Part shown: one piece after another, positions 25,982-33,771 of the stretch
Position numbering within the stretch: the stretch's first letter is position 1
Layout: each line of letters begins with the position of its first letter
NCBI GenBank assembly: GCA_964438485.1
Contig: CAYTLM010000001.1
Coordinates: 1 to 35,734 of the forward strand
Length of the DNA: 35,734 bases
From: an uncultured Leptospirales bacterium
Lineage (GTDB): Bacteria > Spirochaetota > UBA4802 > UBA5550
Direction: 5' to 3'
Position numbers and translations under genes: made by a program
Notes under the pieces: model-generated
Seen by the model: only the letters and a program-made list of their open reading frames with translations
Told to the model about the DNA's origin: nothing
The model's database searches: none

Positions 25982-26878
25982 TTAACCCTTTGGATGATAA
26001 TTTTTATGAATTTCATGAAGCTTCTTTCTGGCCATATGAGTATAAACCTGTGTTGTAGAAATATCCATGTGGCCTAAAAGCTCCTGTACTGATCTTAAAT
26101 CAGCTCCATTTTCTATAAGATGAGTAGCAAATGAATGCCTCAAGGTATGAGGAGTTATATTTTTTTGAATTTCAGTGCCAGCAACATAGTTTTTTAATAA
26201 ACGCCAAACAGACTTCCTGTTAAGCTGGGAACCTTTTTTGCTTACAAAAAGGAATTCGCTCTCCCTTGTACCAAGAATGGCTGATCTAGAATTTTTAATA
26301 TATTTTGTAAGTAATCTTAAAGCTTCCTTCCCAACAGGCACAAGCCTTTCCTTGTCCCCTTTACCTATAACAGTTATAAATGAATTTTCAAAATCAACAT
26401 CACTTTTTTTCAAATCAATCGCTTCAGAAATTCTTAATCCACTTGAATATAAAAGCTCAAAAATTGTTTTATCCCTAAGCTCGTAGCTATCCTCTTCAGA
26501 TATGGAATTAAAAAGTCTGTCTAATTCATTTATAGTTAAAAAATCGGGAAGCGATTTTTCAACCTGGGGAGTTTCAATTTTCTCAGTAGGATTAATTCTG
26601 CCATCTTCCAGATTATCAGACAAAAAATTATAAAATTGCCTTATAGCTGCAAGTGAACGGGCAAGAGTCCTTGAAGAATTATTTTTACTTGTTTTTTCAT
26701 ATTTCAGGAATTGCTGAATATCATCCTGGTTGGCTTCCATAATATTTCTATTCTTTGATGATAAAAAATCACTGAATTTTTTTAAATCATATGTATATGA
26801 GTAAATAGAATTCTGTGAAAGCCCCTTTTCAACTTGCAAGAACTTTTTAAATCTTTTTATAGCCGCAACTTCTTTCAC
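25982..26878 (-). CDS. xerD: Tyrosine site-specific recombinase, XerD-like (chromosome dimer resolution)
   Basis: GTG start with an AGGGG RBS. Contains an N-terminal SAM-like core-binding domain, LRISEA, VIGKGDKERLVPVG, HTLRHSFATHLIENGADLRSVQELLGHMDISTTQVYTH and a C-terminal YHP. It is closer to the XerD pattern than to XerC. Confidence 0.8.
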   Translation of the reverse strand: MKEVAAIKRFKKFLQVEKGLSQNSIYSYTYDLKKFSDFLSSKNRNIMEANQDDIQQFLKYEKTSKNNSSRTLARSLAAIRQFYNFLSDNLEDGRINPTEKIETPQVEKSLPDFLTINELDRLFNSISEEDSYELRDKTIFELLYSSGLRISEAIDLKKSDVDFENSFITVIGKGDKERLVPVGKEALRLLTKYIKNSRSAILGTRESEFLFVSKKGSQLNRKSVWRLLKNYVAGTEIQKNITPHTLRHSFATHLIENGADLRSVQELLGHMDISTTQVYTHMARKKLHEIHKNYHPKG

Positions 26879-27095
26879 CGGATTACCCCTGTAATAGTTT
26901 TACTACCCTCCAAAACTAAATAATCTTTACCAGGAATGATTTATTGAAGATAACAATTACATTTAATATATCGGTAAGCCCATATTATGTCTTAATAGAA
27001 TAGATTTTTTTATTCAAAAAAAGACATAATTTTTTAAAAAAAGAGTTTATTCTGCCCTTATTAAGGTTACATGAGGAAGTAAGAGGTCTTGGTTT

Positions 27096-27818
27096 TTACT
27101 TCTTTAAAGTTTTTTTTCTTTTTTTGACAGGTTCATCATTTATAATTTCCCCATCTTTAAATACAATTTTTCTGTCAGTATAATCAGCAATTTCAGATTC
27201 ATGAGTTACCATTATTATAGATATACCGGTTTCTTTATTCAGCCTTGTAAAAAGATTCATAATCTCTGCTGAATTTTTTGAATCGAGATTACCTGTAGGT
27301 TCATCAGCAAGAATAATTGTGGGATCATTGATCAATGCCCTGGCAATTGCCACACGCTGCTGTTCCCCTCCTGAAAGCTTGTTGGGATGATGATGATACC
27401 TTCCGGATAAACCCACAAGATCAAGAAGGCTTTTTGCTTTTAAGTTTAATTCACTGGACGATACGCCGCCTTTATAAAACAGGGGAAGCTCTACATTTTC
27501 AATTGCACTTGTTCTTGCAAGAAGGTTAAAACCCTGAAATACAAATCCAATTTTTTTATTTCTTATTTCAGCTTTTTGATCATTGTTAAGAGAGCTTCCA
27601 TCAATACCATCAAGAATATAGGTTCCTGAAGTTGGAGTATCAAGAAACCCTAAAATATTCATAAAGGTGGATTTTCCTGAACCTGAGGCACCCATTATAG
27701 CCATAAACTCACCCAGATGGAAATCCAGAGAAACACCTTTTAAAGCTTTAACATTGACCTCTTCACTAAGGTTATATATTTTTATCAGATTTTTTATTTC
27801 TATAATTTTCTTTTTCAT
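27096..27818 (-). CDS. ABC transporter ATP-binding protein, MacB/LolD subfamily (ATPase domain only)
   Basis: Walker [11 protein letters not shown]-loop, signature [15 protein letters not shown], Walker [12 protein letters not shown] and H-loop VTHE. At 240 aa it has no fused FtsX-type membrane domain. Confidence 0.9.
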   Translation of the reverse strand: MKKKIIEIKNLIKIYNLSEEVNVKALKGVSLDFHLGEFMAIMGASGSGKSTFMNILGFLDTPTSGTYILDGIDGSSLNNDQKAEIRNKKIGFVFQGFNLLARTSAIENVELPLFYKGGVSSSELNLKAKSLLDLVGLSGRYHHHPNKLSGGEQQRVAIARALINDPTIILADEPTGNLDSKNSAEIMNLFTRLNKETGISIIMVTHESEIADYTDRKIVFKDGEIINDEPVKKRKKTLKK

Positions 27819-27835
27819 TTTCAGTCAGATCTATA

Positions 27836-28918
27836 CTATTTATCCTTTATCCTGATAAGCACCTCTTCTTTGTCTGTAAGGCCTGAAACTATTTCAGTAT
27901 AAAGATCGCCTGACAATCCCGTTTCAACCTTAACACCTTTGTATGGCTTCCCAACAATTCCTGACTTAACCCAAACCATATTACCTGATGAACCGGGAAT
28001 TTCTCCATCTTCAGGTGCAACCATTAATGCCTGGTTTAAAATGCGCATTACATTCTCCTTTTCGTCAACTACTACTGTTGCAGTAGCTGTCATACCAGGC
28101 TTTAAAAGAAGCTCTTCATTATCTCCAACAACAATACACTGATAGGAAACCAGACTCCCGCTTTTTACAGGATTAATTCGCACCTGTTCAATTTTTCCTG
28201 TAAAACGTTTTTCAGGAAAGGCACTTACTGTAAAAATTACCTGCTGCCCTGTTTTAATAAAACCAATATCTGACTCATCCACGCTTATAGTGAGAAGCAT
28301 TTTTTTCATATTTTCAGCCAAAAGGAAAAGTGGAGCATTAACAGATATGGGATCATCTTTACTACGGTATATATTAATTACAATGCCATTGATAGGGGAA
28401 TGGACATTGGCAAAATCTTTTTCAGATTTCACCTGTTCATAATCAAGTTTTATCTGAGTGTACTTGTTTTGAACAACCTTATAATTCATTTCAGCCTGCT
28501 CCATTGCACGCTTTGAAATTAAATTATCTTTAAACAGGTTTTCTTTCCCTTCCAGGTCTGCCTTGGCTGATAAAACCTCAAGGCGTGCGCTTTCAAGCTG
28601 TCCGGATATACGTTCTATTTTCTGCTCTATAGCGGCTGAATCTATTTTTAATAACAATTGCCCTTTGGAAACTGTTTGATTGAAATCTGTATAAGTTTTA
28701 AGAATTATGCCATTTATTTTACTAAGAATTACAACAGGATCCACCACATCCAATTCACCTGTTACAGCAATAGTCTTTTTTACTACCCCTTGAGTAACAC
28801 TATCAAAAATATATTCTTTCTTATCAGATTTGCTGCAATTTCTTATAAATAAAGCTACAATAAGAAATAAAACAGCAGCAATAATATAGACTACTGTTTT
28901 TCTGCCTGGTTTAAACAT
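27836..28918 (-). CDS. Efflux transporter periplasmic adaptor subunit (HlyD/MacA family)
   Basis: N-terminal TM anchor, then a lipoyl-like segment (KINGIILK...V.KGQLLLKID), a coiled-coil hairpin, a second lipoyl half (SPINGIV) and a beta-barrel domain (PGMTATATV). Confidence 0.85.
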   Translation of the reverse strand: MFKPGRKTVVYIIAAVLFLIVALFIRNCSKSDKKEYIFDSVTQGVVKKTIAVTGELDVVDPVVILSKINGIILKTYTDFNQTVSKGQLLLKIDSAAIEQKIERISGQLESARLEVLSAKADLEGKENLFKDNLISKRAMEQAEMNYKVVQNKYTQIKLDYEQVKSEKDFANVHSPINGIVINIYRSKDDPISVNAPLFLLAENMKKMLLTISVDESDIGFIKTGQQVIFTVSAFPEKRFTGKIEQVRINPVKSGSLVSYQCIVVGDNEELLLKPGMTATATVVVDEKENVMRILNQALMVAPEDGEIPGSSGNMVWVKSGIVGKPYKGVKVETGLSGDLYTEIVSGLTDKEEVLIRIKDK

Positions 28919-30255
28919 ATTGACTCCTCTTCAATACCAATTGTATTTGCAAGTCCGGCAAAGGTTTGCAGATAAGAATATTTTGCTTCAAGATGACCCA
29001 GCCTTGCCTTGATTACACTGAGTTCAGCATCCTGTAGATCCATTAAAGAACCATTTCCATATTCATAACTCCTCTGAGCAAGCAGCTGATGCCTTTCCGC
29101 ATTGTCATGAATAAGAAGAGAAAGCTCTAACCGCTTTTTGATTTCATCAAGACTTCTTACCTGATCTCTTATTGTATTTTTTGTTCCTGTAAGAATATCT
29201 TTTTCTTTATATGACAAAATATTATAATCACTTTCTGCTGAATCTACAAGAGCACTTGTTTTCCCACCTGAATAAACAGGAATTGCTGCTTTGATTGTAC
29301 CATGAAAAGCAGGACTCCAGCTTTCACCTTTAAAGTTGTCTGCAATATTTTCTGCCATCTGAATTTTTTTATTCTCATATCCAAACCCAAGCAAAAGGTC
29401 TACTTTTGGGAAATGATTAGCCCGCTCTTGGGATATTTTTAGTTTTGCGATTCTTTTTTCGAGTTTTGTTTTTCTAATCATGGGGTTATAAATATCCGCT
29501 AATCTATAAAGATCTTCCAATGAATATTTAAGCTCAGGGAATACTTCAACTTCAACAGGAGAGAAATCACGCGAATCATCCTGATCAAGCCCCATGGAAT
29601 TAAGAAGATTTTGCTTCATTCGCCTTTCATCATTTTTTGCCCGTTCATAAAACAATTGAGCATCAGCCATGTCAAGCTCTGCTTTGGTTACATCAAGAAC
29701 AGGCCTTGAGCCATTTTCAAAAAGAAGACGAGCCAAATCTGCTTTCCGCCTATTCTTTTCAAATATCTCTTCCCAAAGCTCCAGAGTTTTTTTAGACTGC
29801 AAATATCCATAATAGGACTTCTTTACATTAAAAGTTAAGTTATCCAAAGACTTCTGCCTGTCAATTTTAGAAATATCTATATTTACTTTAGCAGATTCAG
29901 TAAGAAGATCTTTTCGGGCATCATAGAGATTATAAATAACAGTAAGGCCTGCGAACAATCCTATATCAGTATCCTGACCTGGTATATTAAACGCAGTATT
30001 AGCACTAGCACCTGGCTTAGTATACTCAACAGTTTTAAGCTCCCCATCGATCAAAACACTTTTTGAAGCTACTGCTGCTCTGTAGCCTGCAACACTTTTT
30101 TTATTATTTTCAATTGCAATAAAAACATCAGGATGATTTTGCAAAGCAATATGAAGGCACTCGGTCAGGGTTATTTCTCGTTGCAAAGCCTCCAGATTAA
30201 AAGGAATAATTGCTAAAATTATAACTAACAAGAATATTCTTCTATGAAATTTCAT
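28891..30255 (-). CDS. TolC-family outer-membrane efflux protein
   Basis: Signal peptide, LTLTECLHIALQNHPD opening, and a duplicated alpha-helical/beta-barrel repeat architecture. Length is 454 aa and it is first in the efflux operon. Confidence 0.85.
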   Translation of the reverse strand: MKFHRRIFLLVIILAIIPFNLEALQREITLTECLHIALQNHPDVFIAIENNKKSVAGYRAAVASKSVLIDGELKTVEYTKPGASANTAFNIPGQDTDIGLFAGLTVIYNLYDARKDLLTESAKVNIDISKIDRQKSLDNLTFNVKKSYYGYLQSKKTLELWEEIFEKNRRKADLARLLFENGSRPVLDVTKAELDMADAQLFYERAKNDERRMKQNLLNSMGLDQDDSRDFSPVEVEVFPELKYSLEDLYRLADIYNPMIRKTKLEKRIAKLKISQERANHFPKVDLLLGFGYENKKIQMAENIADNFKGESWSPAFHGTIKAAIPVYSGGKTSALVDSAESDYNILSYKEKDILTGTKNTIRDQVRSLDEIKKRLELSLLIHDNAERHQLLAQRSYEYGNGSLMDLQDAELSVIKARLGHLEAKYSYLQTFAGLANTIGIEEESICLNQAEKQ

Positions 30256-30443
30256 TACAACCTTTAACGTATTATGATAATAATTTTTTATATATCATTA
30301 AATAGCTCTTATCTGTCAAGACAATAAAAAAACATGAATTATTCAAAAAATATCCAAAGGAACATAAAGTATTAAATCCGAACTGCTTATTTGTGCCAAA
30401 AATACTTGAATTTAAAAAAATAGTATATTATTTCAAAAATTGT

Positions 30444-30472
30444 TTGACACTTATGTCATATAAAATTATCAG
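30444..30472 (+). promoter_or_regulatory. Candidate sigma70-type promoter for the tRNA pair
   Basis: TTGACA (30444-30449), a 17-nt spacer, then TATCAG (30467-30472), about 15 nt upstream of the mature tRNA-Thr 5' end. The -10 match is only moderate. Confidence 0.35.
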
Positions 30473-30487
30473 TATTCCCATTGTTAA

Positions 30488-30560
30488 GCTGGCGTAGCTC
30501 AATCGGCAGAGCAGCTGATTTGTAATCAGCTTGTTGGGGGTTCAATTCCTCTCGCCAGCT
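30488..30560 (+). tRNA. tRNA-Thr (anticodon UGU)
   Basis: Hand-folded cloverleaf: acceptor GCTGGCG/CGCCAGC, D arm GCTC-AATCGGCA-GAGC, anticodon arm GCTGA-TTTGTAA-TCAGC (TGT at 30521-30523), T arm GGGGG-TTCAATT-CCTCT (two G-U pairs). 73 nt, with no encoded CCA. Confidence 0.9.
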
Positions 30561-30570
30561 CATAAACTTT

Positions 30571-30652
30571 GGTGAGGTTCCCGAGTGGCCAAAGGGAAAA
30601 GACTGTAAATCTTTCGGCGAAGCCTTCGAAGGTTCGAATCCTTCCCTCACCA
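30571..30652 (+). tRNA. tRNA-Tyr (anticodon GUA), long variable arm
   Basis: GGTGAGGTTCCCGAGTGGCCAAAGGGAAAAGACTGTAAATCTTT...GAAGGTTCGAATCCTTCCCTCACCA is nearly collinear with E. coli tRNA-Tyr. It has a GTA anticodon and a class II variable arm. No encoded CCA. Confidence 0.92.
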
Positions 30653-30656
30653 GATT

Positions 30657-30697
30657 AAAAAAGAAAGACCTCTGATAATCAGAGGTCTTTCTTTTTT
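30657..30697. terminator. Rho-independent terminator (perfect palindrome, potentially bidirectional)
   Basis: 15-bp perfect stem AAGAAAGACCTCTGA / TCAGAGGTCTTTCTT with a TAA loop. It is flanked by an A-run upstream and TTTT downstream, 5 nt after tRNA-Tyr. Confidence 0.85.
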
Positions 30698-30850
30698 GGA
30701 CCCTGCCTGTTTTTTATCATCATCTGCCCATAACCTTTTTTATTTTGTAATCAACAACTCCTTGAACAGAACTGATTAAAAGGATTGCCTTAAATCTATT
30801 GTTGTATAACCTATGGATAAAATTTAACCTGAAAAAGACAGGAGAATAAA

Positions 30851-31669
30851 ATGAGCTATCAATTCTATTCAGTTGAGAAAAAAGGCCCCATTGCCTGGGT
30901 ATGGCTAAACAGACCTGATAAAAAAAACAGCATGAATCCACCAGCATGGACAGAGACAATTCCAATTTTTAAAGAACTGGACGAGGATGATGAAATTCGT
31001 GTAATAATCATGGCAGGAAAGGGTTCGTGTTTTTCTGCAGGAATAGATCTTATGTCAATGATACCGTATTTCAGTGAACTAATGGATAAACAGCAATACG
31101 GAGGCATTAAAAGAAAATTCTTTGAAAAAATTTTAGATCTTCAGGATGGAATTTCAGCTATGGAAAAATGCCGCAAGCCAGTAATTGCAGCAATCCATTC
31201 ACACTGCATAGGCGGCGGACTCGATTTAGTAACAGCCTGCGATATAAGAATATGCACCAAAGATGCAATTTTTTCACTTCGCGAAGCAGCTGTAGGATTT
31301 GTTGCAGATGTTGGCGTACTTCAAAGAATCCCTGTAATTGTTGGCCAGGGCATAGCAAGAGAACTTGCTTTTACAGCAAAGGATATAGATGCTCAAAGAG
31401 CCAAGGAGATCAATCTTGTAAATTCAGTTCATAAAGACCTTGACGAACTGCTTGCTGCGGCTGAAAAAATGGCAATGGAAATTGCTGAAAACTCACCCCT
31501 TGCAGTGCAGGCTTCAAAGGCTGTGCTGAAATATGGAATTGGGAAATCAATAGATGACTCTTTAAAATTCAATGCAGCAGTGAGCAATTATACCATACCG
31601 TCAAATGATTTGATGGCAGCTGTGGAATCATTCAGCAAAAGGACTAAACCTGTATTCCCAGGAACATGA
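30851..31669 (+). CDS. Enoyl-CoA hydratase/isomerase (crotonase) family protein, ECH1-like dienoyl-CoA isomerase type
   Basis: Contains IAWVWLNRPDKKNSMN, GKGSCFSAGIDLMSM, KPVIAAIHSHCIGGGLDLVTACDIR and EAAVGFVADVGVLQR. AGGAG RBS lies 8 nt upstream. Confidence 0.85.
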   Translation: MSYQFYSVEKKGPIAWVWLNRPDKKNSMNPPAWTETIPIFKELDEDDEIRVIIMAGKGSCFSAGIDLMSMIPYFSELMDKQQYGGIKRKFFEKILDLQDGISAMEKCRKPVIAAIHSHCIGGGLDLVTACDIRICTKDAIFSLREAAVGFVADVGVLQRIPVIVGQGIARELAFTAKDIDAQRAKEINLVNSVHKDLDELLAAAEKMAMEIAENSPLAVQASKAVLKYGIGKSIDDSLKFNAAVSNYTIPSNDLMAAVESFSKRTKPVFPGT

Positions 31670-31675
31670 TATTTT

Positions 31676-31716
31676 TTCCGGGACAGGATAATTATAAGAA
31701 AATTCCTGTCCCGGAA
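31676..31716 (+). terminator. Probable intrinsic terminator between convergent genes
   Basis: 13-bp stem TTCCGGGACAGGA / TCCTGTCCCGGAA with a 15-nt loop, followed by TTT on the + strand. It starts 7 nt after the crotonase stop. The minus-strand transcript would have no U-tract. Confidence 0.55.
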
Positions 31717-31741
31717 TTTCATCTAATCATATAAGCTTAAC

Positions 31742-32398
31742 CTAAACCAGGGAATATATCAATAGCTTTTCTTCTATTCCAGGCCAGCTGTATAAATCAA
31801 TATTTTCCTCTTCCTTATGAGTGAAAAGCAATTCATAAAAGTGTTCATCTCCTGAAGAAGCCGGATGGGGATTCCCAATATAAATTATTTTCTTCCCTCC
31901 TCTCTTTTTATAATTATACAGGGCATTATATGCCATAGTGCTCATAGGCATGGGCCATGCCATAAAAAGCGTTCGTTCAGGATGAGCAGATGCTGCTGAT
32001 TCATCCCCCTGGATAATATTATACCAGGAATCATCAAACCATGCATTACCTTTGTACCACTCCCAGGGAGCATGTTCTCCTGGTGGAAAGCTGTCATAGG
32101 CAATAACATCCCCACCCATTTCACTTATACATCTGGCCCAGTATCCGCTCCCAGCCCCTATTTCAACAATTGGAGAACAGGCTGCTATTTTTTTGAGTAT
32201 TTCATAATAGGGAATGGTAAAGCTATATTCAGTAACAAAATCATTGCGCATAAACAAAAGCTTTGATGCTGTTTCATCTATTCCAGTATCTATATTATCA
32301 TCAATTAATTTTAACACCTTTTTCAGATAGGGATTATATATAGTGAAATCTTTATTGTCTGGCTTAAATTCCAGGATGCTGTTTTTTATGGAATACAT
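31742..32398 (-). CDS. Hypothetical protein with class I SAM-dependent methyltransferase-like motif I
   Basis: 218 aa. SPIVEIGAGSGYWARCISEMGGDVIAYD matches the Rossmann-fold SAM-binding motif I plus the acidic motif II residue. The rest is Trp-rich and not recognised. Confidence 0.5.
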   Translation of the reverse strand: MYSIKNSILEFKPDNKDFTIYNPYLKKVLKLIDDNIDTGIDETASKLLFMRNDFVTEYSFTIPYYEILKKIAACSPIVEIGAGSGYWARCISEMGGDVIAYDSFPPGEHAPWEWYKGNAWFDDSWYNIIQGDESAASAHPERTLFMAWPMPMSTMAYNALYNYKKRGGKKIIYIGNPHPASSGDEHFYELLFTHKEEENIDLYSWPGIEEKLLIYSLV

Positions 32399-32732
32399 TT
32401 GAACCTTATAAATAAATGAATTTTAATTTTTAAAATCTGTAATAAAGAATATTACAAAACCATTTTAACACTTTCTGGTTTAAAGTACAGAAGATAAAAA
32501 CAGTACATAGAAATAAATTGCTATAGTAAAATAGAATAATAATTTGACAAAATCTATTTTTAATACTGAGGTAATACTTAGTAAAATAGAAATGTGAACA
32601 GCAATTCAAAAGTCCCCCTATGAGGGATTTATAATATTATTGGAAAAAGCCCCTATCCCCTAAAGGGGGAATAAATCTTATTTGTTTTTCCAATATTTTA
32701 TAAAAAGAATTATAATAATACTGGAATAAAAA

Positions 32733-33461
32733 ATGTTCAATATACATGAAAAATACTCCAGACATCTGGCAATAAAAGACTGGTCAGATGAAACTCAAAA
32801 AAAACTTGCCTCAGCCCATGTTTTTGTAGCTGGTGCAGGTGGATTAGGAAGCCCCCTTCTTTTTTATTTGGCAGGTGCTGGCATAGGCAATCTCACTATA
32901 TGCGATTTTGACGTAGTTTCAGCTTCCAATCTCAACAGGCAGATTCTCTACACTGAAAATGATATAAGTAAAAACAAGGTCTTTACTGCTGCAAAGCGTT
33001 TAAAGGAGCTGAACAGCAGCATAAACATCACCTGTATTAACTCATCTCTTTCAGAGGATATCCTGGACAATATAAAACCCGTTGATTTAATAATTGACTG
33101 CCTTGATAATTTTAAGGGACGTTTTATCCTTAATAAAATTTCCTTAAAAAAAAACATACCTCTTGTACATGCAGGAATTTCCGAATTTTTTGGGCAGATC
33201 ACATTCCTGAAACCTGGTGAAACACCATGTTTAGCCTGCTTTGTAGAACCTGATTCTGAAAACAGCAGCCCTGGAATTATAGGTGCTACAGCAGGAATCC
33301 TTGGCTCAATGCAGGCTATGGAGGCAATTAAATATATTACAGGAACAGGAGAGAATCTTGCAAACAGAATACTTTTTGTTGACTGTAAAACAATGGAATT
33401 CACTATAATAAATATTAATAAAAATCCTGCGTGTTCCTGCTGCAGTAAAAAGGAGATTTAA
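32733..33461 (+). CDS. ThiF/MoeB/HesA-family E1-like adenylyltransferase
   Basis: Contains YSRHL, VFVAGAGGLGSPLLFYLAGAGIGNLTICDFDVVSASNLNRQILY, DCLDNF..R and two CxxC zinc motifs (CLAC, CSCC). At 242 aa it has no rhodanese domain. Confidence 0.85.
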   Translation: MFNIHEKYSRHLAIKDWSDETQKKLASAHVFVAGAGGLGSPLLFYLAGAGIGNLTICDFDVVSASNLNRQILYTENDISKNKVFTAAKRLKELNSSINITCINSSLSEDILDNIKPVDLIIDCLDNFKGRFILNKISLKKNIPLVHAGISEFFGQITFLKPGETPCLACFVEPDSENSSPGIIGATAGILGSMQAMEAIKYITGTGENLANRILFVDCKTMEFTIININKNPACSCCSKKEI

Positions 33462-33462
33462 A

Positions 33463-33771
33463 ATGAAATTCAAGCTTAAACTGTTTATTGTGCTTTTTAT
33501 TATTCTTTCTATTGCTGGTGGATATTTTTATATGAAATACTATTTCACCTATGAGCAGAAGAATATTACACAAAAAAAAATTGAATCAATAAAAGGTCAA
33601 AACCTTGTAGTTACAGTTTTTGGACTGGATGGCAAAATCATTAAACGCTGGACTGGTGTAAAGAAAATCACAGCATGGAGTGATGAAAGAAACTATACCT
33701 TCTTTTATACAAAAGAGGGAAAATATGTGCAAATACCAGAATCAGTGTGGTATATTGCAGAAGAGGAATAA
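33463..33771 (+). CDS. Small membrane-anchored hypothetical protein (one N-terminal TM helix, ~70-aa beta-rich soluble domain)
   Basis: 102 aa beginning MKFKLKLFIVLFIILSIAGGYFYMKYYF. Its ATG lies 1 nt after the thiF-like stop and its own TAA abuts the recG start, so it is tightly coupled. No family recognised. Confidence 0.55.
   Translation: MKFKLKLFIVLFIILSIAGGYFYMKYYFTYEQKNITQKKIESIKGQNLVVTVFGLDGKIIKRWTGVKKITAWSDERNYTFFYTKEGKYVQIPESVWYIAEEE

Noticed and set aside
25982-26878. Tyrosine recombinase as a possible integrase of a tRNA-linked genomic island
   Set aside because: The sequence pattern is XerD-like (VIGKGDKERLVP, LLGH.DISTTQVYTH, C-terminal HP). It is embedded in a housekeeping operon 3.6 kb from the tRNAs. 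I saw no attachment-site repeats and no phage or IS genes.
26879-27095. Possible remnant of an FtsX permease gene, or a terminator, downstream of the ABC ATPase
   Set aside because: Stops occur in every frame and no permease-like hydrophobic stretch is present. The only hairpin (TATGTCTT-N27-AAGACATA, about 26986-27028) has a large loop and no convincing U-tract, so I annotated neither a pseudogene nor a terminator.
30456-30650. 64-aa minus-strand ORF from the track
   Set aside because: It lies entirely antisense to the two tRNA genes. The open frame is a by-product of the tRNA sequence, not a gene.
30720-30965. 81-aa minus-strand ORF overlapping the crotonase start
   Set aside because: It overlaps the crotonase promoter, RBS and N-terminus, has no recognisable features, and would run into the tRNA terminator.
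2666-32266. Remaining 60-100-aa track ORFs nested in or antisense to large genes (e.g. 2666-2893, 3061-3436, 3871-4062, 5732-5917, 7333-7524, 7859-8164, 9980-10583, 13158-13340, 13889-14128, 14222-14410, 15236-15533, 16424-16815, 16959-17147, 17567-17824, 20416-21062, 22001-22201, 22831-23067, 24146-24569, 24977-25833, 26238-26486, 27335-28142, 28658-28852, 30865-31434, 31942-32266)
   Set aside because: Each is fully contained within, or antisense to, a longer ORF with clear family motifs. None has independent support.
32399-32732. TPP, Moco or preQ1 riboswitch upstream of the thiF-like gene
   Set aside because: The conserved cores I know are absent: CTGAGA...ACCTGA for TPP, the Moco GCCTCCGAG-type core, and the preQ1 CCCTCT-A-rich tail. 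The structure is reported only as an unclassified element.
32948-33403. 151-aa minus-strand ORF
   Set aside because: It is antisense to the well-supported ThiF/MoeB-like gene, its sequence is low-complexity, and it has no RBS.
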